From: Balanoglossus misakiensis
Lineage: Eukaryota; Animalia; Hemichordata
Assembly: GCA_040954595.2 (NCBI GenBank)
Contig: CM082580.2
Span: 9,774,390-9,838,389, forward strand
Direction: 5' to 3'
DNA: 64,000 bases
Part shown: in pieces, positions 50,801 to 64,000 of the stretch
Numbering within the stretch: the first letter of the stretch is position 1
Layout: each line of letters opens with the position of its first letter
Position numbers and translations under genes: made by a program
The notes under the pieces: model-generated
Told to the model about the DNA's origin: nothing
Database searches by the model: none
The model's input: only the letters and a program-made list of their open reading frames with translations

Positions 50801-53800
50801 TTAGCAACGGGGGATGATTCAGACAGAGAAAGTAGAATAACCAGGTGGTTTTTTCCCCTCTTTGTTGCCACTCCACCAGATTTTAACAAATTTGAGAATT
50901 AAATTGCAGATTGTGATGAGCAGCTGTGTTTGAATGGTGAAATTCTGGCTGTGGAGAGGACATTACTCCATCAGATGATGGGCAATACTCGATCGACTGA
51001 GAATCCAGCAGAATAAAAGATCGGGGAAAAACAGAACACAAAAACACAACTTTGAAATGAGCAGCAAACAAAGGTACACAATTAACGTACAGCTACTGCC
51101 TGCACCCATGCATTAGACTGATTAACACATACACTTAATTTATCAGCTGACTAGTAGTGTTTGAAAAAAAATTGTATTAACACATTTCCTCCGACAGCAC
51201 TGCTTAGTGACATGTTACTATGGTAACCAGTGGTATTTAGACGTCTTTGATGTTAGTGCGCACACGGTCGTCCCAATCACTTTTGTGACTATGCAAGTGG
51301 TATACTTGACAGCTTGCATATGCACAAAAATGACTGGGCCAGTGGCAGAGTTAGTGGAAGAACTTAGTGGACAGGAGCCGCGCCGTCATTGGTTACGAAA
51401 AGACACAGGTGTTCTGACTGAGCAGAGGAGAATTATTCAGTGCAGTGCCCCGCGTTTCTATTGGTTAGTCGCCAGGAGTATTGAGAAGAAGAAAATAAAA
51501 AAACGGAACCAAAAAATATGTGTAATCTTGAGAGGTGCGTGGCGCATTTGGTGGTTATTGTTTTTAATACCAGCAAGAGTTTCCTCAAGAGTCAAGTTTT
51601 GTCTTAGTTTAAGAACTGTTAATGAAAGCAACATAACAACAGACATATATATGTACATATACTGACATACATAACTAATCATAAATGGACTACAACTGGC
51701 ATTATAATTATCAGACAGCGGGTCTGACATTCTTGATATGTGACGATGACTCAGAACCTAGTACACACTAGTGAAAATTGCATATTTTTTAGCCTATATT
51801 TTTTTCCTTCCACCAAACACTAATGAAAGTCTGTTACCAGTTAGCTTACAAAGACTTGGATAAAAAAGGCTGCATTTTTTGCAGCCAATGAGAGAACCTG
51901 TTCTATTTACCTTCTGAATTCCAGCAGGACCTTGGGCGAGCTGGGTTCTCCCATGTCAGGCCATGTCAGGTAGTGAAACTGTGTCACCGTGCGCGTCTCG
52001 TTGGTCTGTGAAATGAGAAGGCAGAGAGAAAGAGAAAAAAAATTGCTGCAGGTGTGACCGCTAAGGTTAATTACAATCCACTTCACCTGACTGACAAATA
52101 TTGATGGACGTCTCAGATAGGGACTGACATGCCCACAATCAGCTGGGAGCGGATTGCCGACTCTCGCATTTTGTGTGTGTGTCTGCGTGTGTGCGTTTTA
52201 TGAAGGACATGATGAATTTCACATTGATGAGAATCCCAAGACAGATGGCTACCGACAAGTTCAATGGTTCAGTGACTCCCGAAATATGTCCTATTTCCGT
52301 CTTGGGACTAGCATATTTATTCCTTTGTCCCTGACTTGAAATGAAAATTTCAGGTGATCCAATGCAAGTCAGACTGTAATTGTGAAATTTAGAAACAAAT
52401 TTAGTAGTCTATTTGGATTCCCGTTGATAGCACTGTTACAGTGTAAAAAAGAAATCTATCAACATTATAAAAATTAATAAAACAAAATATTTGCGTGTAA
52501 ACATTAATAAAAACTGTTAAAATGAAATTTTGCAACTGGATATGCTAAAAAGTACAAGTAGATGACCTTTGAACTTTGAAGTTCCATCAAAGTGAAACGT
52601 GTGAAATGTGAGAGCAATCTGTGTGTAGAGTTATCGGTTGAGTGAACATTGCTGACAGGGAGTGAATAACTATCACCAGAGGATGATGTGTTCAAAGAGA
52701 CGAATAAAGTGAGAAGGAGAGAGAGTTAGTCAGGGCAAGCTGGGATGGCAAATGAGACGAGAGAGAGAGAGAGAGAGAGAGGAGATTGAGGAAGAGAGAG
52801 AGAGGCCCGCTTAACTACGGATTCATCCACTTCATTGATCAGCCGCTCTGAGAAGTAAAAGACGAGGCCGACAAGAAACACTTAGTCATGAGAGGAAACT
52901 AGCAGAGGATGGAACTGTAATTGGATTAGCGTGAAGTCACGACACTTTTTCTTTTTTGCGTTTTACACTCTTGTTTGGCCGGCCGGAACTCAGGCAGTCA
53001 TCGGGACTACGATAACGTCGGGGAAAGAGAGCGAGAGAGAGCGAGTTCCAATTGGATAAATGAGTCAATGTTAGCTCGCATTAATCTCGTAAAGGAGTCC
53101 TCACAAGTGGCTAATTTCTAGACATCACTGTAACTTTCCGAGCAAACATTTTGGGGAATAAACAGAGAAAGGTTTCAATCAGAATAACTAGCGTGAATTG
53201 AAGTCGCTGCAAGACTGCAAGCAAAATGCTGCATGTATGATTCTATCACAAAAAGGAGTCAAAGAAGATGAATGCTATGTGTGATGAGCAATGAGTGTGT
53301 CAGTTCTCAGTGACTGCACATCCAGAGTACAAGCCACTCAAGTACAAACTTTGGTCCATCAACGGACTTATATTGATGTGAAACAGCCCAATCAGGCGAT
53401 TGTGTATGTACCGTACACGGGCAATTTTAAACTAAATCTCTGTTTCTGATTGCACAAAACTGTCTAGGTTTGGGCCGACTTTTATGAGATGCGAGTATTT
53501 GATTCTTCATGAGCTGAAAAAAAATATGGCCAAGAGAAAACAGCTGAAATCCTCAACATTTTGACATTTAGAGTGAAAGGAAGTAATTATTGTATAATTT
53601 GTTGATACAGTATATTGTACAACATGTCCTTCACTTTTAATAGCAAACTGGCTCCAGATTTATTAATTTACAATACTTCAGAACTCCAATGCAAACTAAA
53701 GTCTGGTTACAATCACTTGAAAGGATAGATTTCTGCAGACAAAGAAGTACCCGTATTAATTTGTTGAATAGACACTACTGCAGGATGATTAAATTTTTAC

Positions 53801-56800
53801 TTTGATTCTTGAGAAAGTAATAGGTCCTTTGAGTTGGCTTGCATCTATTCTGTTTGATGGCGGCTTGTAATGGATTGCAGTCTATCGGGTAGTGACCAAT
53901 TGCCGAGGTCTCCTGTTCTCATTAAACAGATGGCGATAATGTTACAAAGGGGAGCGTTCAGCGAGATTTATTGAGACTATATTTCCCACAGCTGTTTATT
54001 CAAAGGAAACCTCTTCCTTACTGAGGGCAGGCAAATCGATTCTAATTTCCAGCTTTATCTGATTCAGGACACAAAAATGTTTCATACTTTAATCTCACGC
54101 GCACTGACAAATTGATGGATATTTCCGAAGAAGACAATGTATTGATTGAGGGCAATCTATATTTTGGTGAAGTGGATAATTGTAGCCACAACCACCATCC
54201 CCACCACAAACACAAATTTCATGCAGTTCGTAAGCCACTGTACGAAAACGAACACACATCATCCCTATGGAAATATCTTTTTCATATGCAAATAAATGCA
54301 TCATATTAGCCAATCAAATTCAGATTAACCGTATTATGATAATTTATGCTAAAATTACCTGCAGGTTCTTCAGATAGAAACTCCTGACAAGATAGTCATC
54401 ACACCATATATGCTCAGAGACAAGATGGACTTCATAAATGTGGTACAGCTGGCTGCCCTCTTCAGGCCAGTAGGGGTGGCACATCACGCGATCCTTGTCG
54501 TCCATGTTTTGCGTCAAATTAACAATCACCATACAGCCTTGTTCCCAAACCATCTGAGAGTAATCAAAATACAGAATCAATCTCCACGTACTCTACGAAA
54601 AGTCCACTCCAACGAATGTAAAATCACATCACAGTTTGTGATTTCTAAGCCAATGTTGTCACGGTGTACAACATCACGTGTAGTAAATATTTATGTGCCT
54701 TCACATAAGTTTACTCCTGACCAATTTTCCTGCATAAATTTGCACAGACTGTACCAGTTGGTTTCAGGCACATGCCATTATAATCATGTGTTTCAATTCA
54801 GAGACAGCTAGTGAAACACTGAATTTTCAGGATATTGCAGAATTAATATGGATATCGCCTGAAATTAGTCACTGAAGCAAGGGATGACACGGTTGGCTGA
54901 TAAACCATTTTGGGCAACAGTATGAGCGATCTGAATACTTGATAAAATATCCAGAATTGATATGCTTGCAGGTCAAATGATGTGAGGAGATAACTCATGA
55001 AGGGCCTGTCTGTCGCTTTTTGTTCTGAAAAAATCTCTCGCAAGATTAAATATATGACTGTATCACTTAGGCTCTGAAAGAGTATTTTGTTCTGTACAGT
55101 TTATGCTCTTAATAAGCAGAATTTTCAAAAACAAGAATACGTTCACAAATATTTGCAGTCTTTGACAAATGGTGTTGACTTGAGCATGCTTATACTAGGT
55201 ATCCCTAGCTCCTTAGCGATATGCTACTGCCCTGGAACCACAAACGCTACAAATTATATGTACTATCCCACCTACCCCCCCCCCCCCCCAAAAAAAATAA
55301 AATAAAATGAAATGAAAAACAATATTGGCACATGACAATTAAAGATTCAAAGGTCTTAACAAAGGTCCAGCCATAATTTGGACATCTTTATCAGAACCGG
55401 GCGCGTAAAATTGCGATTGTAAAAATGAGCTGTATAGAGACAATATACGCATGATACGTTACCTGCCAAAAGTCTGCAACAGTGTTTGGTAGCGGTCCCT
55501 GGGTGGCAATGTAGGCTGGTGCGCGGGGATCATGATCGGTCTGCAATCATACAGAACACATTAATTTCTGATTATTGAAATAACCGGCACAGAGATATGA
55601 AGTCTGGTCGCAACAGCTGTTACCTTTGAAAAATAATGACTTCTTTGCCAAACATGGATTTCCCTTTAGTTAGTTCCCCCCTCCCAATCTGTTACATCTC
55701 GATTACATGGCAACAATGGTAATTTACAAACAATGTTGACACAATACAGTCATGACACAGCCATTATTTGGAATTTACTGTCTGTTAATGGTTCAAAATT
55801 TCAAATGGATCCTTGATAGCATCTATCGCATTCTCATGCTAATAAAAACAGCGCTGTTAATAAATAGGATTTTTGCCAGTAAATTACCCAGCTGGTTCAC
55901 AAGATGGAATGTTTTTGTAATACAAATTTGATCTCACTTATGTGTATTATTTCCAACCTATTATCAGCAGAGCAATCGTGGATTAGGTACGGTATGCATT
56001 GCCTGCTGGGTAATATTAATTCACTTGACAAGAAAAAAAAATCACTTTAAAATACCAAAACTATACAAGTATTTTCATGACAGCTGAAAATTCTGCTTAA
56101 AATCACATTTTCCAAATGTCATGAAATTTTTTCGAAAGATCAAGTGCTGGTTGAACTTTTGCAAAATGACAAACTGCTACCTACTATTGTATTTGCATTG
56201 ATGTAGTCAGAACTGTCTGCGTTGGTGGAATCATTCAACACGACACGGGAATGATCGTCTGCGGATGCAAAAAAAAAGACAAGAAATCGGGTTATTTCTG
56301 AGATCTAAGAAAAGGATGTCAACTGCACGGCGAAAGATAAAGCCCACTTCAGCAGCATGTTCTTGATGCAAATTAAACCGAGCGGTGATAAGAAAACAGG
56401 TCCAAGAGGAATCCATTAATGCCTGTAACCATGGCAATGACCACTCTGGCTTAGAACACCTCAGAATATCCCACTGTGATAAATGTTAGACTTTGTGTCT
56501 GGTCAGTCGCTCTACATAGGTGAGGCCAACTCTGTTGGGCTCACAGTTGTGGTTCTAAAACAGCAGCTTAGAGGAATGGGACAGATCTCTACCCAACCCC
56601 CTACCCCAGGGTGGTGGCTTTGAGCACCAGACTTTAGCTGGAAATTCACAAGAACAAAGTTTCTGACTGAATCAGACAGGTCAATAGTGTGTTCTATTTT
56701 AAAACGGGCATTCATTTTGCCACCCCTGAATATACATGTAGTGTGATACTGTGTGAAAATAGTTTCTGGCAGTCAGTTTTGTTTTCTTTTAGTGTGGGTG

Positions 56801-59800
56801 CTAGTGTGAATGAAAGGCACGGAGTACCAGCAATATACTGGATGAGTTGTCCAGAAGTGAACCCCCCACCCCCCTGGCTGTCTATATACAACAGGATGAA
56901 TGGGATCAACGCAACCAGCTGGAAACATAATGTTTTTGTGTTACCGATACGACTTCCAAATTCTGCAGGTAGAATTATTTTAAGGGAATGGAAACATGTT
57001 CTTGTTGTTCTATTATAATAAAAATGCCCACATTTACTATTCACTGCATCGATGTCAGACAATGAAATTTGACACAAAAGAAAACATTATAAATACAAAG
57101 AAAACATATTGTTTGGCAGATCAAGTTTTCTTGTTTGGGTACCCCCAGTTCTGTCTTTAGAGGTCCAACCGTACCATAGAAAACAATGCAGTTGGACTGA
57201 ACCATTGTGGTGAATGGGTTAATTAAGAGCAGTGCACATAAAGATGGGTGTAAAAATTGTGGACAGCAAATGAGGGAGGCACTACCAGTGTACAAAGGAA
57301 GAGTGAAAGTGATACGAGTGAAACAGATCGCATCCGGATGAAAGAGAGATGAGAAAAAGTCATTCTTAAATATTCCTTACAGGGCAGGGTCTCCGGATAT
57401 CTGTTTTTCTTGGAGTTATTGGGATCGGATCCGGCATTGGTGCTGTTCGGTTCAGCTTCGTACTGGCACAGACTTTCCCATTCCTTGGCCAAGCGGTCCT
57501 TGTTCTTCAAGTGGTCTTCCATGTACGACTGCAATAAAAATAAATAAAAGACAAAAAAAATCAAGTTACCAGAATCAATTTCATCCATTCAGCCCAGTGG
57601 CAGTAGTTCTGCAGAAATAACAGAAACAGTCTGTCCTTTGTGTGGAATTAATAATTTTTTCATCAAACACGAACGGAGCTATTTCGGGAAAGCATACAGA
57701 CATGTGGAGTCCTGTTTTAGACCCTGTTTATAGTGAGTGCTTTGTAATTACAGCAGCTAGGGCTGTCGTGCAGGGGTGTGTGTTTGTACGCACGCACGTC
57801 TGCGTACAGACTCTTTGCAGAGTAGCTGTTACAGTGCCTTGCAGTAAAGTGCACCACCATGATGTCCACCCAAGCTTGCGACACTCTTCCAACTCAATTC
57901 ACGGCGCAAATTATCCACAAATTGCCCAAGACACATTAGGTGAACCCCCTCGTAATGGCACTAAACTGCCGATGACACACAACGTGTGTGCAATTGATGA
58001 CATGTTTAACTGTCGGCGCGCGGACCTCACCAGCATACAAATCAGCCAGTCAAAACTGATCTGGGGGAAAATGCAGCCAGCTTGAACATGAAGTACTGGT
58101 AGCCATCCCATAAAATATTCATACCATGGACCAGGCTATATGTTATTCCACGTTCAGTTGGAACGTACCCACTCATCGACAGACTTTTAGCACTATTTTT
58201 ATCAGCTTGGCTTGCTATTTTGTACATATGCTGTTGATCTACGACCAAATCAGAACAGAGGTGACTGTTTTTGTGTCCAATCAATCATTTCCCCAGAATA
58301 AGGCGCTGAATTGTAGGAATACGAATGGAACAATATCAAAACAGTAAAAAGGCAAATTAAGCCACCAAAAATTCTTCACAGACAATGGAATATACATGTA
58401 CCCTCCAATTTCACAAATATCACAGCAACAAGTGGCTTTCCTGCAGAACATAACCAGTTTTTGAGTCACATCAATCTACACATTTATGTCCATAGCTGAA
58501 CGATACCCTTAAAAAATATCCAGCAGATATTATTGGCATTTAATTGACATCTGCCTGCTGCGACAATATGCAAACAGAAAAAAATCTGATGATGCACTGC
58601 CATGAAAATCAGTGAAATACACTACCTTGTGAATGACGACTGGTCATCATAAATTGATGTATAGCGCGAACGTCAGGAAAACTCCCCATCGTAAAAAAAG
58701 GAGGAAAAGACAATATGAAACGTCCAGCGATGATTTCTGGCAAATCCAGTCAGGATCAACGATGAGGATGCAGACTGCCAGGGAGAGATGGAGCTACCAT
58801 ATGGAGAGAAGCTCAAAAACCCGACTGCATCAGCTTGACCCACCATCGCGCAATATGAATATGGCAGCTTTGATTGGCAGGGCTTTATAAGGAGTACAGA
58901 CGAGACAATAGCGCTGAATAAACCAAACCATATTTCACATGGGTCCATTGATACTGATGCTGCTATTAGAATTGTTAACAATGTAATTAGCGCTTCATTA
59001 AGGGGACTCCATGGGTGGGCCATTATTATTGCACAATAATCCGGGGGTCTTAAAACGAGAGGTGGTATTACACACACTTGTTTTCATAGATTGTCCACAA
59101 GCCCAACTGCAAATGAGGCTGCTAATTGAGTCTCCCCACACCCCCATTACTGGCACAATGGACTGGCCCATCTTCTCATCACAATCAAAACTGAAGCCAA
59201 TGCACGGTCCCAAGGGGGAGATTGATATTTTCAAATCTGTGGATTTCATGACATTTTAACTTCGAGATAACCTGTTGAATCAAAATGCAATTTTTCCCGT
59301 CTTGATAATGATTATTTATATGCCCAGTGGTTCAACGGTTTGATTGATGGTAAATTCTGATGGTCACGTTTTTGTTCCCTTGATAGCCTATGAAGATTCC
59401 TCATTGTACAAGTGATTTTACTACTGATGTTTTTATTCTGTCTGTATATGCACAAGTTTTAAATTGAAAGCAAAAAAAAACCCCAACTGACATGACAGTA
59501 TGATCACATCACATTGAGCATCATACTGTGTTCAAAAACTATAATGATATACTGACAGCACTCAATATTTCATTATCAGGTGAAAATGTAAAAAAAAGAG
59601 GAAATAAGAAGAGAATGGGTGTGGTAGATTCAGCTCATTAATGTCGAATGAAATCCATCCTCACAATGGGCAGGAAGTAATTGAGTGACACCGTTTACGT
59701 AATATTGCTGTCATATTCGACGAAAGGTGTCCTTTTGTTACAGGTCGAACATGAAGCTTTGCATTACGCAAGATTTTAGAGATGAGTCTCGATAAAAAAT

Positions 59801-62337
59801 GAGTTTCATCATATTGCAAAGATAACATTTTTATATTGAAAGTAGGTGCGCCGTATCGCACTGAAACATGAAGTCTTTTTTTATCAGGAAAAGATTGTGG
59901 CAGAGAAAATAGTGCATGGAAACTCTGACATTTTCACAGATTCTGCAAACATTCTATTCTAAAAGAAGCGCAGATAAATCCATGATAAAGCAATGTAATA
60001 TCGGGGAAAGGCGGTGGTCTACTTCCAGTGCAGTGATGAAAAAGTGATATTACCAGAGTGTGCATCAACACACTTTGGACCTTCAGGGATGGGTAGATTA
60101 GTTGGTGGAAAAGGAACTACAAGTATCCATTGAGGACAAAGACACACAATTGTGAGGTTCTGTATGTGCAGGAGTTCCCTTCCATCTTGAGTCGGCAGCA
60201 ACGAAATCAATGGAAATCTCACTGCCACGTGCACACAAACCGTGATTAACAAGCTGATCTTGGCCTTAGGTAATCACGATGTCATCCTCATCCGCTCGGT
60301 ATTACTATGGCAACCTGAACGTGGCCCCCGGGATTACTACGACATCCTTATTGAAGATTTGGTAATTCAGGAAAAGGTGAAAGCTAATTTGAAAGAGATT
60401 GCGGGCATTAATGTTTTCTTGACGTTTGTCGGAAAGAAGACCGTTGCAGAAGACATACTTTCAATGATGTCAAAGTCAAAACTGATTATCTTTTAGTGTC
60501 TTTCACGAAATGTGAAAGAAACACGCACAACAAATTGAAGACCAACTCCTTTTTGACTACAAGTACCGCTGAGAGTAGGCAGTGTACTGCCTCAGTATAC
60601 TATTGAAGAATCACAGAAATGAGAAATGTGCATGAAGAGTACAATTTAGGTCACAGAGTGATCTGATGGTCCAAAAATAACTGCCATATATACAAGTATG
60701 TGTTGTGAAGTACCTATCTAGTGTGTGACAAAACATCGCCAAGAAGGTTTTGCTGGAAAAGTCTTTTTTAATTACCAATAAGGCACAGAATAACCTTCAA
60801 ACCTACATGCATGTACATTGCACATGGATGCAAGTAACAGCAAATGTACTTCCTTAGTTATTACCCATACATAAAGTTGCTGAAACTGTACAACCACCTG
60901 TTGTTCATGATGCTTACATTCAACAATAAAATTTTAATGTACGACCAGACAATAACAGTCTAAGAATACATATATCAGGGTGGCAACCAGACAATTATAA
61001 CTGATAACAATTACTGTACCATGATGTGCCTGACTGATGAACAATGAACAATTATCATGTTCAGCCACTTGTGTTCAAACTGACACTGACGAGCGAAAAA
61101 ACATACAATTTGACAGGATCACCACAGAGAACCAATCACCAACCAGGGACAATCACATATGACAACTACTGGCCCAGGCAACATGTCAAACGTACTGGAC
61201 CATGACAACCGTTACCAAGAACCCGTCCGACTGGACACCAAACATGATCACCAAATGTCAAGACAACTCTCCAACCTGTCCAGGCCAATTTACCAAATCG
61301 CGTGTCCACCCAGACAATGACAACCAATCACTCACAAAGAACTTTGACCCACCTGACAGCTAACCCTTTCACCCCGGTTCCCTCTTCAGAGGTCCAACCT
61401 CACCACAGAAAATGGGCTTGGACTGAACCATGGTGGTAAAAGGGTTAATCAACCACAACAAACTGTACTCACAAAGAGACACTTACCAAGACGACATGTC
61501 CCGTCGAGATGTCCATATTGGGATGAACTGGCTCTTCACTCCAAGACGAGGTGCTGCTACGGGATGACGGACTCGGCACAGGCGCGTCGCTGTAGTGAGA
61601 ACCCAGGCTGCCAATGCGATGCAACGGTTCCGGTTTCTCAGATGACTTGCTTGCCATACGTTGGCGACACAAGTCCTGGACGTCACACAAAAACAAAGGA
61701 CATAGCAAAAAAACATCACGTTAGAAAAGATCTTTGTCAGATCACATTTTATTATTAAAAGCTTATGAAATTACCGTTCCAAAAGAAGTTCACCAATATG
61801 TACAATTTTGAAGATAATTGTCATTGATATACACATCAACAAATACATATACGTAGAACACGAAATGTTTTTTGTTTTACCAGGGGTATGTTACAGAAAT
61901 TCAACATGTGAAATCAGAAGAGTAGCTACATTGACAAGTACATGTATGGTTGTAGTGACCAGTAGTTCAGCTATAAATATCTCATATAATACCCATTCAA
62001 ATATAGCAATTTGCAACGCTAGAGCTTGCTGTGGTTATTTTAACTGGAGGTCTATTTTAGCCAATACCCGGAAAATTTTGTTAGATTTCGTTGACTTGAA
62101 TTTCATTAAATTAAAAAAAAAATTTTTATGTACCTGGTAGTCAGCGGTTGTGGGTTGATCGGTAGGGGGAGCTGAGGTCAGGTTCTGCAGTTTGGCCTTC
62201 TGCTTGGACTGCTTCCTCAACACGTAGATGATGAGTACAGCAATGAGGATTCCGGCCACGCAGCCTGTCAGGATAAAGGTCAAGACCACGTAGCTTGGGG
62301 TGTGGGAAGGAAGATGCTCCACTACTTGTACATGGGA
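43327..62337 (-). CDS. PTPRN2: Receptor-type PTP-like IA-2/phogrin (PTPRN/PTPRN2 co-ortholog), 3' part only: TM segment and cytoplasmic domain, 415 aa visible; 5' exons lie beyond the window
   Basis: Exons 62337-62134 (TM; ADYQ), 61675-61487 (DLCRQRMA...[16 protein letters not shown]...[10 protein letters not shown]), 57528-57381 ([12 protein letters not shown]...KNRY), 56258-56185 (DHSRV...DYINA), 55540-55463 ([16 protein letters not shown]...DFWQ), 54553-54359 ([26 protein letters not shown]), 52005-51911 ([13 protein letters not shown]), 49737-49684 ([18 protein letters not shown]), 43738-43600 (DGCGRTGTY...[16 protein letters not shown]), 43398-43327 ([14 protein letters not shown]). Phases are consistent. 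Confidence 0.95.
51272..51338 (-). ncRNA. mir-153: microRNA mir-153 precursor, intronic and sense to the IA-2 gene; mature 3p at 51296-51275
   Basis: Minus strand CCCAGTCATTTTTGTGCATATGCAAGCTGTCAAGTATACCAC-TTGCATAGTCACAAAAGTGATT-GGG. The 3p arm matches miR-153 (UUGCAUAGUCACAAAAGUGA), the 5p arm begins UCAUUUUUGUG like miR-153-5p, and the two arms pair as a hairpin. Confidence 0.95.
52755..52804. repeat. (GA)n microsatellite (shorter ones near 47314-47332 and 63552-63577)
   Basis: The dinucleotide run is directly visible. Confidence 0.85.
61360..61448. mobile_element. Inverted copy of the ~90-bp TTAA-ended MITE
   Basis: CTAACCCTTTCACCCC...AGAGGTCCAAC...AACCATGGTGGTAAAAGGGTTAA is the reverse complement of the 8271-type element. 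Confidence 0.7.
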
Positions 62338-64000
62338 CTGCAAGAAAAAAGAGAGGAAATTCGCACGGTCAGAGATGTTGCAGACAGAGGGGATGGACGT
62401 GTACGCATAGTCTGCTGTCCGTAAATTCTTTTTATTCTTCTGAGGATTATGAAACTGGCTCGCTCGGAAGGTACCTGTACATTGCAGTTGATGTTACCGT
62501 TAAATATGTTTCACAAAATATTTAGAAGGGTGTTAAATATACCAAGGGTTGGTAACAACAAAACTAACAACAAGATTCTTCTTATATAGCAATCGACACT
62601 TTCCCACTCTGCAGAGTAAAAGTCGACATTCAAAAAGCGAACTTTGATTCGCAAGGAAAATTACTGGAAAAACAACAACCGGGATTTAAAAATGGAAATG
62701 CTTGAGACAGACTAATGTGCATTTATATGGGATTTCGCTCGTGTCAACCAAAAGGTCAACAGACAATCATAAATGGTCTGTTTGCTTCGTTCTAAATCAG
62801 TGCAATCCAAGTGCACAGAATCCCCAAGTTCAAACTAGCCTACGGCTATAATTACAAACTAAACTTCACAAAAAAAACATGTACTTCAAAAAATGCATGT
62901 ACATTTACGCCAGTAAATTTCATTAGAGAATTGGACACAGAAAAACACAGAAGGAATTTAGAGGTCTTCTGTTTTTCTGAAAAGCAATTTTCCACGGCAC
63001 AATTTTCACTTTAAAGCAACATAATCAGAAGCCCTACAATACTGTGACAAGCGCGAGAATGTTTTCCAAATGGATGCGAGACGAGACAGAGGGCATATTG
63101 GACAGAAGGGGGGAAAACCACCCAGCTACAGTTCAGTTTTTTGCTGTTTGGAAAACAATAGGCAATATATATGACGTGAAAACCTCTATCAACTGGAGAA
63201 CGTTGGAAAGCTTATACATGCAGAGAAAAACAAAACACTTTAAAAGCTTTTACTAAAATTTTGTTTTGTGAAATAGTTGACAGTCGAGTTTGGTGTATGA
63301 AACAGTACCCTATGATATAAATACATGTACGATGACTGTTTTTTCCCCCCTTTACAGTTGAAATGCCAGAGGTCTGCAGTGCCAGTGTGTCCACATAATG
63401 TAACTGGTAACACGAACCAGCTCCAACCTTCCGGCGCATTTACATCAGAGCGCCTGTTTGTCCCGCAGTCATGTCTGACTAGTACACTTTTCACATGAAT
63501 CGTACAGTGGCTCTTTACATGTACCATGGTAATGAACCATCCCATTTAATGGAGAGAGAGAGAAAGAGAGAGAGAGATAATGTAGCTTGCTAGAACTACA
63601 TGTCACCAGGTCCCATCTTTTCCACATACTTGTTTTGCTGTTTGCCCATTGGCTATACAGTTCGTGCCAATTTACATATTAGCTACAGGTGCACAGACAC
63701 ATATGCACTAGCCAGGTGCTGGCATGTCTCACTGACATACGTAGGCTAATACTAGGTTACACTTTTGTTCAATTTTTCTTTGTCCAATGTTGTCCAATGC
63801 TTGAGCATGCACACACTATGATATTTGCACTTTAATATCACAATTCTAATCACTATACATGTACAATCCCTAATTGGAACAGCCGTATGTGTACAAGTGG
63901 AATATACCTTGCAATGCTTTCTGGGAATTCACATCTTTCCATGGCTACAGTACATGTAGGTTACACGACTCGCAAACCCCTTAGAGGTTTGTAAGCCAAA

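Noticed and set aside
63212-63545. Possible further upstream IA-2 ectodomain exon
   Set aside because: No convincing splice pair or similarity to the IA-2 ectodomain; the next exon probably lies outside the window.

Overview
AT-rich, intron-containing genomic DNA from an invertebrate animal. The gene set and exon structure look like a marine deuterostome, but that is inference. I assembled seven protein-coding genes by hand from splice sites and reading-frame phase: two tandem sorcin-type penta-EF-hand paralogs (-), a DNAJB6/MRJ co-chaperone (-) head-to-head with CLP1 (+), an angiopoietin-like fibrinogen-domain gene (-) nested in CLP1 intron 8, a TRIM-NHL E3 ligase with a single coding exon (-), and the 3' half of an IA-2/PTPRN(2) receptor PTP (-) that runs off the window end. 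There are two RNA genes: tRNA-Asp(GTC) and an intronic mir-153 hairpin inside the IA-2 gene. The ORF track does not show several features: three minor-spliceosome (U12) introns including an AT-AC intron in CLP1, a run of frame-preserving cassette exons and microexons in the DNAJB6 linker, a 578-bp two-part duplication, a family of ~90-bp TTAA-ended MITEs and an (ATG)54 microsatellite. I found no prokaryote-type system (CRISPR, operon, defence island) and cannot claim a wholly new system. The best novelty candidates are the modular DNAJB6 splicing with a possible internal promoter, the IA-2 ortholog that keeps KNRY and WPD, and the motif-rich TRIM linker. All coordinates were read manually and no searches were run.
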